DNA of 64,000 nucleotides from Bacteroidota bacterium (lineage in GTDB: Bacteria; Bacteroidota; Bacteroidia; AKYH767-A; OLB10): the NCBI GenBank assembly GCA_046302815.1, contig JBKCHO010000055.1:13408-77407 (forward strand), read 5' to 3'. Under the pieces are notes generated by a model, which was not told the origin of the DNA, did not search any database, and saw only the letters and a program-made list of their open reading frames with translations. The position numbers and the translations under genes are program-made. This document shows positions 20,801 to 26,863 of the stretch, piece by piece (position 1 is the first letter of the stretch; every line of letters starts with the position of its first letter).

Positions 20801-21313
20801 GACACACTTGAGGTATTAGTCTCTACCGACTGTGGACAAACATTCACTTCGCTATATTTAAAAGGTGGCACCACCTTGGCAACTGCTCCAGACAACCAAA
20901 ATTTCTTTATTCCAACCGCATCGCAATGGCGAACCGACACCATTTCATTGACGGGTTATGAGAACATCTCCGTGCTGATGGTTGTATTCAGGAACAGGGG
21001 GCATTGGGGCAACTGTGTTTACATCGACAATGTGAACATTGGCAATAGCACCTCATCGATAACCGAAAGCCCGGGGTTGAATGCGCCCAACATCCATCCT
21101 AATCCTATTGGTCGTGGCGATTGCCTGAACATTACACTTCCAAAAGGATCTTTTGAGGTAACCTTGTATGACCCCAGCGGCAAATCAATTCAGACTTCCA
21201 AGATGAATAACCGGGGCCAAATGGAGGTCCCAACAAACCTGTCTGCCGGAAATTACTTGTTGCACATCAAAGGCGATCGAAATATTTGGAATCTGAAGGT
21301 GGTGGTGAGGTGA
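17897..21313 (+). CDS. Large T9SS-sorted surface protein: BNR/Asp-box repeat beta-propeller (sortilin/VPS10-like or GH74-like), a PKD-like domain, a MAM/choice-of-anchor-J-like domain and a T9SS CTD
   Basis: Signal MKKLLILFLSLISIPSVAQ. At least nine S-x-D/N-G-G-x-(S/T)-W/F Asp-box motifs (SSDGGETWTSV, SDNGGQSWTNV, SIDGGITWNQL, STDSGATWTL, SDDGGYTWSL, TDDGGGSFNLV, TVNGGQSWNAL, SVNGGQTWTNI ...). The C-terminus (IHPNPIGRGDCLNITL...YLLHIKGDRNIWNLKVVVR) is a type-A T9SS sorting domain. Confidence 0.8.
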   Translation: MKKLLILFLSLISIPSVAQNMYKPSAYEISQLPAWAQAMYSDEPNMFVVDSLYAAYHSSHAFVKSYHTQYYKRWRRQSLPFVDANGVIRRPTPLMEKAIQQEFLAKTQFTTSASNWSVAGPIQVLQNNGLPGGGQSNIYSVDQCLSNPSIMYCGTEPGEVYKSSDGGETWTSVSMSMNFGSGVTAVEVNPDNPDIVFAGGNAGVFRSDNGGQSWTNVLPNTNFGVNEILINHANTNIVMAATDKGLYRSIDGGITWNQLYNQKTYDIKFNAGNAGIAYAVKNNPSLVICEFFLSTDSGATWTLQSNGWFSSNDPARNDGGARIGVSPANPNRVYAYLIGEAKANDYGFIGVYRSDDGGYTWSLPNGPAGGPYTASHPNLAYGNTGWTYHQGFYNCAIMVDENNADRILIGGLNLWRSNNGGASFSSVAGYVGGPLSIHVDMQDFRMINGIAWISTDGGIYKSNDFFVSQPVFKMTGLHATDYWGFGSGWNEDVLVGGLYHNGNIAYHENYGAGNYLALGGGEAPTGYVNPGNNRKTYFSDIGGRFLPSSITGQVNGFSFGKSPNESYYAAESSELEFHPNCYNTAWLGNENKLWRTDDGGGSFNLVNAFGTNVNNQIKYIEVSSSDPDVMYLNQQPASGSTGTLWKTVNGGQSWNALTIPSGNSRRMLLTVDPLNENRIWIAYPGGSNGNKIYKSVNGGQTWTNITSTLLNNEQAQSIVHIAGTQGGLYYCTNKSVYYFSEASGAWVIANQGLPTFTSTVIARPFYRDGKIRVATYGKGIWESALEESPSGPIARIQVDKLSQTVICVTDSFYFEDHSFLNHTNASWSWTFQNGTPSTSNLRNPVVFFNAPGSQMVTLTVTDGNGQQDSDTIYIELNPYAFPTIIAEGFEGAFLPSGWTQFNEDNGGQWALATNAGATGSSNSALFDNYNIDSQTTYDDLRTHLNTTGMQNPVLTFDAAYARWGGNYSDTLEVLVSTDCGQTFTSLYLKGGTTLATAPDNQNFFIPTASQWRTDTISLTGYENISVLMVVFRNRGHWGNCVYIDNVNIGNSTSSITESPGLNAPNIHPNPIGRGDCLNITLPKGSFEVTLYDPSGKSIQTSKMNNRGQMEVPTNLSAGNYLLHIKGDRNIWNLKVVVR

Positions 21314-21655
21314 TAATTTTGGATCTGCCGCCCTTTACTTTCATTTAAACAGACCTGAAAATTTTCAATTGTTATGACATGTCGGCACCTCGATGTTTGT
21401 AAAAAGCAGGTATTTGAAAAGAACATATGTAATCTTATAGCCCCTTTCCAGTAATCGGATAAGTTAAAAATTACACCTTTCGGTTTTAATATTTCAAAAG
21501 CAATCTATCCTTACTTTAGATCTGATCCTGTTTTAATAAGAAGGGACATTATTCCATGACAAAAAAGGAGACATTACCACTTACTATGAAAAACTAAAAA
21601 GCGTGAAAAACCCCCGAAATAATCGAGGGTTTAAGTCTGCTTAGAAAAAAACGGA

Positions 21656-22045
21656 TTAATTGGCTCCGGGCTTTTTCTTACCAACTTTCGGAGCTTCAGG
21701 GGTTGGAGCAGGGTCAGTCTTAGGGGTCTCCGTCTTGGGTTTGGAGGATACTTTTGTTTTGGGTTTTGATGCGGTGGCGGCCATTGCAGCAGCTATGGAG
21801 TCCTCGACCGCTTTCTTTGTTGCATTTGCGATTGAATCCAACTCGCGCTGCCTAGATTGCTCAGCCTCGATTTCGGCTTGCATCTTCAATCGCTCCGCCT
21901 CAGCTATAGAATCTTTCATTTGCTGTTCCTGGACCTGCCTCTCCTCTGCTGAAGGACCGCATGACACGACAGGTAGTACAAAAGTCCAGGCTAACAAGGC
22001 ATAAATTAGTTTATTTTTCATTTGTTTTAGGTTTTGCACTGCCAA
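21656..22045 (-). CDS. Hypothetical coiled-coil lipoprotein with a Lys/Pro-rich C-terminal tail
   Basis: Lipoprotein signal ...LPVVSCGPS, a predicted coiled coil (QVQEQQMKDSIAEAERLKMQAEIEAEQSRQRELD), and a low-complexity tail PKTKVSSKPKTETPKTDPAPTPEAPKVGKKKPGAN. Confidence 0.5.
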   Translation of the reverse strand: MAVQNLKQMKNKLIYALLAWTFVLPVVSCGPSAEERQVQEQQMKDSIAEAERLKMQAEIEAEQSRQRELDSIANATKKAVEDSIAAAMAATASKPKTKVSSKPKTETPKTDPAPTPEAPKVGKKKPGAN

Positions 22046-22138
22046 TTTACTAGTTTTTTTGAAATTTTGACCCTTTTTGATTCAATAATTAAATAAATTT
22101 GTTGATAATTCTTAATAAACAAAAATTAATCCATAAAC

Positions 22139-22840
22139 ATGAAAAAATCAAACTTTTATCTAGCCTCCATACTCATATTAGGCTTGAGCTCAATGTTTAG
22201 TTCCTGCAAAAAGGACGACACAAATGCGCCCATTATAACTCTTGTGGGAGACTCGGAAATTACTTTGGATCTCCAAACACCTTATCAAGAATTGGGTGCA
22301 ACCGCAATTGATGATGAGGATGGAGAATTAATTGTTGAAATTTCTGGTGATGTTGACATTAATCTTAAAGGAGTGTACACAATTACATATACTGCTACCG
22401 ACGAGGCAGGTAATATCGCTATTGAGGATCGCATCGTAAATATTGTCAACTCGGCAGACTTTCTGGCGGGCAACTACATCAATGCGAAAGACTCATGTGG
22501 GCCAACCTCAAATGAACAAGCACTATTTAATGCTATAGTAACTACATCAGATACCGACAATGGAAAGTTTTCGATTTCAAATTTTGGTGCATTTAACATA
22601 CCAGCAAATCCTCCACAACCTGGTGAAATTGCAACTATCAACTTAATTTATAACAAGCAAACAAATAAAATAACCGCCGCTGATCTTCCTCAAAATTTAA
22701 CTGGTGGTGCATCTTTAACTACTGTATATCCCTCCTCTGGTGTTTTATCATTATTCAATCCCGTTACTTTCAAAATCGTTTATGAATGGGTTGATAATAC
22801 CAACCAGCCCGATATTTGCACCTCCACTTACACCAAGTAG
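22139..22840 (+). CDS. Lipoprotein with a DUF5011-like Ig-fold domain
   Basis: Signal MKKSNFYLASILILGLSSMFSSC. PIITLVGDSEITLDLQTPYQELGATAIDDEDGEL is the characteristic DUF5011 / Ig-like motif. A rho-independent terminator follows. Confidence 0.55.
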   Translation: MKKSNFYLASILILGLSSMFSSCKKDDTNAPIITLVGDSEITLDLQTPYQELGATAIDDEDGELIVEISGDVDINLKGVYTITYTATDEAGNIAIEDRIVNIVNSADFLAGNYINAKDSCGPTSNEQALFNAIVTTSDTDNGKFSISNFGAFNIPANPPQPGEIATINLIYNKQTNKITAADLPQNLTGGASLTTVYPSSGVLSLFNPVTFKIVYEWVDNTNQPDICTSTYTK

Positions 22841-22858
22841 TTTATTTTAGAGATTCCC

Positions 22859-22886
22859 AAAGGCCGGCTATGCCGGCCTTTTTTAT
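22859..22886 (+). terminator. Rho-independent terminator downstream of the 22139-22840 gene
   Basis: Perfect hairpin aaGGCCGGC-tat-GCCGGCCtt followed by TTTTTTATT. Confidence 0.7.
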
Positions 22887-22964
22887 TGACATATAATTTT
22901 TTGCCGATTGAACCGTGCTGACTATATTTGATCGAAACTATTCCAAAACCAATACCTCCTACTC

Positions 22965-25900
22965 ATGAAAACTCTTTCCCAACTCCTGACGCTCATCTGT
23001 CTGGCGCTTTTTTCTTTCTTGGCACCGGCCCAAGACTGGGTCAGCAAAATGCAAGACCCGAACACCAATTTCAAAGAGGTGCAAAGAGCATTTGAACAAT
23101 ATAAAGCCGAATATATCGCACAATACAGAACCCAAAATGGTGCTGATCCTGTAAAAGTTCCAGGTGAAAAACAATTCCGTCGCTGGGAATGGTTCATGGG
23201 GCCCCGAGTAGGATTGGACGGCGCCCGCTTCAACCCAGCTGCCGCCTTCAAGGCAGGCCAAGAATACAGAAAGCAGTACACCACGGCCAATGCTGGTAAC
23301 TGGACATTCATCGGCCCTTCCTCTGTACCTTCAGGCGGTGGAGGAGCAGGACGAATCAACGCCGTTAGGGTACATCCAACCGACCCCAATATCCTCTTTG
23401 CATGCTCGCCCTCCGGCGGATTATGGAAATCGGATGATGCAGGTCAATCGTGGTCTTCAAACACCGACCAACTAGCTCAGGTTATTGGCTGCACCGATAT
23501 CGCTATCGACCCCACCAATCCAAACATCATGTATTTGGCAACTGGCGACGGTGATGCTGGTGATACCTACTCGGTAGGGATTCTTAAAACCACAGATGGT
23601 GGCATCACTTGGAATACTACGGGCTTATCTTACTCCAATGCCAGCTATCGTCAAATCAGCAAGCTTCTGATAGACCCTACTAACACGAACACGATTATCG
23701 CAGCCTCTTCCAACGGGATTTGGCGCAGCACAGATGCCGGCGCCACATTCACCAATGTTCAAACAGGTGGCTTCAAAGACATGGAATTCAAGCCAGGTGA
23801 TTTCAATACCTTGTACGCCGCCGGAACCGAATTTTACAAGTCCACCAACAACGGTGCCTCCTGGACTAAAATAACTTCCATTCTTCCAGCAGCAACCAAT
23901 GTGAGTCGAATTGCCATAGCGGTTACACCTGCCAATCCATCATATGTATATCTGATAGTAGGATTGCCCGCACCCAACTACGGAACGGAAGGGTTTTACA
24001 AATCCACTAACAGTGGTACTACATTCACCAAGCCCAGTGTACCGGCGTTGGGAACCCAACAGTGGTATGACCTGTGTATTGCTGCATCACCTACCAATGC
24101 AGATGAAATTGTAATTGGTGGTCAAACCGATTTCAAAAGGTCCACCAATGGCGGAGTGGCATGGTCGCAAAACGGTGGCAACACGCATGTAGATTACCAT
24201 GATGTTCTCTACACCGACGCCTTGAGCTACTACATGGGAAATGATGGTGGCGTTTATCGAACCACCAACAGTGGTGGCTCGTGGACCAATCTAAGCGACG
24301 GCCTTGAAATATCGCAGATGTATGGCTTCGGCCAATCGGCAACAACACCTTATCTCATGTTGCAAGGCTGGCAAGATAACGGAACGAATCGTTACAACGG
24401 TACATCATGGGCGCATGTGTTGGGTGGCGATGGGATGTTGTGCTTCATCGATCGCACGAACAACCAAAACATGTTTGCTGAATATCAAAACGGCGGTTTA
24501 AACCGATCTACCAATGGCGGAGGTTCCTGGACCGGCATTACCAATGGTATCAATGAAACAGGACCGTGGGTTACTCCATGGATGCAAGACCCGGTCAACG
24601 CAACCACACTCTATGCAGGCTTCGTCAATGTTTGGAAAAGCACTAACCTTGGAACCAATTGGACCAAAATCAGCACCTTTTCGAACACCTCTACGGTTAT
24701 CACAATGGCTGTTTCACCTGCAAACAATCAGGTTATTTGGGCATCCAAGGCCAATGGCCTTTATCGCACCACCAATGGAGGTACTTCATGGACTTTGATA
24801 AGCGGACTTCCTGCAGGCACCATTACAGGCATCACTTGCAGCAATACAGACCCAAACAAAGCATGGATCACCTATAGTGGTTTCAACAACACCAACAAGG
24901 TTTTCAAAACATCAAATCAAGGAGCCACATGGACCAATTATTCCGCCGGTGTTCCAAACATACCTGTGAATTGCATCACTTATGTGAATGGCTCGGCTGA
25001 TGCCGTTTATATCGGAACCGATCTGGGTGTGTTCTACCGCGACTCCACCCTGAATGTGTGGGAACCTTTTTTCAACGGCTTACCCAATGTGGTGGTCACC
25101 CAGCTAGATGTATTTTATCCTGGAAACAAACTGAGGGCCTCCACCTATGGTAGAGGTATGTGGGAATCGAGTCTATATGTTCCTGGAAGCTATGCGCCCA
25201 CATCCGCATTCATATCCGACAAACGAATTGACTGCCCTGGTACTGTTGTACAGTACACCGACTATTCAGCTGGATCACCCACTTCATGGAGTTGGTCATT
25301 CCCCGGAGGAAATCCGTCATCATCGACTCTTCAAAACCCACAAGTAGTTTACAATACTCCAGGTATCTATCCGGTCACTTTGATTGCAACCAATGCTAAT
25401 GGCACCAGTACCGTTACACAGCAAGACTATATAACAATAACTTCCAGTAATCAGCCGGCTCCTGTTGCAAACAATGTACAGCGGTGCGGACCTGGTCCTA
25501 TTACCATGACGGCTGCCGGATCCGGTTTTGGTGTGTTGCGTTGGTGGGATGCTCCAGGAGGCGGCAACCAGTTGTCTACAGGAAGCTCATACACCACTAC
25601 ACTTAGTGGCCCTAGCACTTCACTTTGGGTTGATGAGGAGTTTGTTAGTGGAGTTGTAGACTATACAGGAGAAGCCACCAACGGCTTCGGTTCTGGAGCC
25701 TTTTTCACAGCCAATGATATCAGAGGACTCTACTTTGATGTTACCAGTCCGGTCGTACTGAACACAGTTGATGTATATTCCAACTCCGCGGGAGATAGAA
25801 CTATTGAGGTTTTAGACGAGCAAGGCAACACGGTGGTTGAAAAAGTTGTCTCCATACCTGCATCCCCCAACACCCCTTACACAGTTGCCCTCAACTTTAC

Positions 25901-26396
25901 CTTGTATCCAGGCAACAATTACTTCATCAAGTGCCGTGGCTTGGTAGATTTGTATAGAAATTCAACTGGCGCCGTGTATCCTTTGAACTCCTCTTTTGTG
26001 AATATAACAGGCAGCAATGCCGGCTCTCCCGGATACTATTATTTCTTTTATAACTGGGTCTACACTGAAATAACCTGCAACACCGCAAGGACGCAAGTAA
26101 CAGGCACAGACACCTGCTTTGTTGGTTTAAATGACATTTTCGCTGGAGGTTCCTTGAATATTTTTCCCAACCCCACTCAAGGAAAATTTGATGTGAGTTT
26201 TGATGCGGGTGGTTCGCGAAACTTCATCATTAGGCTATCCGAACCCACAGGCAAATCCGTACTAAATGAAACCTATGAATCCTTCAGCGGAGAATTTCGT
26301 AAAACCTATGACATGAGTAAGATTGCAAAGGGGGTCTATGTACTGGAGATCATTTCCAATGACCGTTCCATAAGTAAGAAACTGGTTGTGCACTAA
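22965..26396 (+). CDS. Large T9SS-sorted surface protein, paralog of 17897-21313: BNR/Asp-box beta-propeller, Ig-like domains, an uncharacterised YYFFYNW module and a T9SS CTD
   Basis: Signal MKTLSQLLTLICLALFSFLAPAQ. At least eleven Asp-box motifs (SDDAGQSWSS, TTDGGITWNT, STDAGATFTNV, STNNGASWTKI, STNGGVAWSQ, TTNSGGSWTNL, STNGGGSWTGI, STNLGTNWTKI, TTNGGTSWTLI, TSNQGATWTNY ...). An Ig-like CGPGPITMTAAGSGFGVLRWW domain. C-terminal CTD LNIFPNPTQGKFDVSF...VYVLEIISNDRSISKKLVVH. Confidence 0.8.
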   Translation: MKTLSQLLTLICLALFSFLAPAQDWVSKMQDPNTNFKEVQRAFEQYKAEYIAQYRTQNGADPVKVPGEKQFRRWEWFMGPRVGLDGARFNPAAAFKAGQEYRKQYTTANAGNWTFIGPSSVPSGGGGAGRINAVRVHPTDPNILFACSPSGGLWKSDDAGQSWSSNTDQLAQVIGCTDIAIDPTNPNIMYLATGDGDAGDTYSVGILKTTDGGITWNTTGLSYSNASYRQISKLLIDPTNTNTIIAASSNGIWRSTDAGATFTNVQTGGFKDMEFKPGDFNTLYAAGTEFYKSTNNGASWTKITSILPAATNVSRIAIAVTPANPSYVYLIVGLPAPNYGTEGFYKSTNSGTTFTKPSVPALGTQQWYDLCIAASPTNADEIVIGGQTDFKRSTNGGVAWSQNGGNTHVDYHDVLYTDALSYYMGNDGGVYRTTNSGGSWTNLSDGLEISQMYGFGQSATTPYLMLQGWQDNGTNRYNGTSWAHVLGGDGMLCFIDRTNNQNMFAEYQNGGLNRSTNGGGSWTGITNGINETGPWVTPWMQDPVNATTLYAGFVNVWKSTNLGTNWTKISTFSNTSTVITMAVSPANNQVIWASKANGLYRTTNGGTSWTLISGLPAGTITGITCSNTDPNKAWITYSGFNNTNKVFKTSNQGATWTNYSAGVPNIPVNCITYVNGSADAVYIGTDLGVFYRDSTLNVWEPFFNGLPNVVVTQLDVFYPGNKLRASTYGRGMWESSLYVPGSYAPTSAFISDKRIDCPGTVVQYTDYSAGSPTSWSWSFPGGNPSSSTLQNPQVVYNTPGIYPVTLIATNANGTSTVTQQDYITITSSNQPAPVANNVQRCGPGPITMTAAGSGFGVLRWWDAPGGGNQLSTGSSYTTTLSGPSTSLWVDEEFVSGVVDYTGEATNGFGSGAFFTANDIRGLYFDVTSPVVLNTVDVYSNSAGDRTIEVLDEQGNTVVEKVVSIPASPNTPYTVALNFTLYPGNNYFIKCRGLVDLYRNSTGAVYPLNSSFVNITGSNAGSPGYYYFFYNWVYTEITCNTARTQVTGTDTCFVGLNDIFAGGSLNIFPNPTQGKFDVSFDAGGSRNFIIRLSEPTGKSVLNETYESFSGEFRKTYDMSKIAKGVYVLEIISNDRSISKKLVVH

Positions 26397-26414
26397 ACCC
26401 GGTGCACCTCATTT

Positions 26415-26446
26415 AAAGCCGTGGTCAACACCACGGCTTTTTTATT
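26415..26446 (+). terminator. Rho-independent terminator of 22965-26396
   Basis: Hairpin AGCCGTGG-tcaacac-CCACGGCT followed by TTTTTTATT. Confidence 0.7.
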
Positions 26447-26461
26447 GAAATCCGGATTCAC

Positions 26462-26770
26462 TCAATACAGCAAATGTCTTTTTTTGTTATTTAGCCAACC
26501 CGACCTGCTCTCATACTCGACAAAAAACACATTGATGTGGGCTTGGCTTTCATAGTCAACAAAAAAGATTTTCTTATCGGCCTTGCTCTCATTGTTAACG
26601 AAAAACCACCTTCCATCATTCTGACCTACCCGACTTTCGTATTCCACCTTGAATACCTTAAGGTCGGCTTGACTCTCATATTTAACCACAAAAACTTTGA
26701 TATCTGCTCTAGATACATAATCAACGGCAAATATGCGCTGTGCATTGGATACAACTACATTACAACCCAT
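26462..26770 (-). CDS. Small protein of 13-aa tandem repeats (phi-K-V-F-phi-V-x-Y-E-S-Q-A-D-L-like units, 4-5 copies). The start codon is uncertain.
   Basis: Repeats IFAVDYVSRADI / KVFVVKYESQADL / KVFKVEYESRVGQ / KIFFVDYESQAHI / NVFFVEYESRSG are visible in the translation. The ORF-table N-terminus (MLKGPIQSAPFF) is translated from the neighbouring gene's terminator hairpin, so the true start is probably downstream, for example ATG at 26770 or an upstream TTG or GTG. Confidence 0.45.
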   Translation of the reverse strand: MGCNVVVSNAQRIFAVDYVSRADIKVFVVKYESQADLKVFKVEYESRVGQNDGRWFFVNNESKADKKIFFVDYESQAHINVFFVEYESRSGWLNNKKRHLLY

Positions 26771-26818
26771 GAATAAAAAAAGCAAAAAACTCTGAGCATA
26801 CTCTTCGAATTGGTTCAC

Positions 26819-26848
26819 AAAAAAAGGGGCCGATTGTATCGGCCCCTT
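26819..26848 (-). terminator. Rho-independent terminator of the 26864-29536 minus-strand gene
   Basis: Minus-strand hairpin AGGGGCCGAT-aca-ATCGGCCCCT followed by TTTTTTT (plus strand aaaaaaaGGGGCCGATtgtATCGGCCCCT). Confidence 0.7.
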
Positions 26849-26863
26849 CAACATTAATTCTGA

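Noticed and set aside
26822-26854. The N-terminus (MLKGPIQSAPFF) of the repeat-protein ORF as a real start
   Set aside because: These codons are the stem-loop and T-run of the neighbouring gene's terminator. The true start must be downstream.
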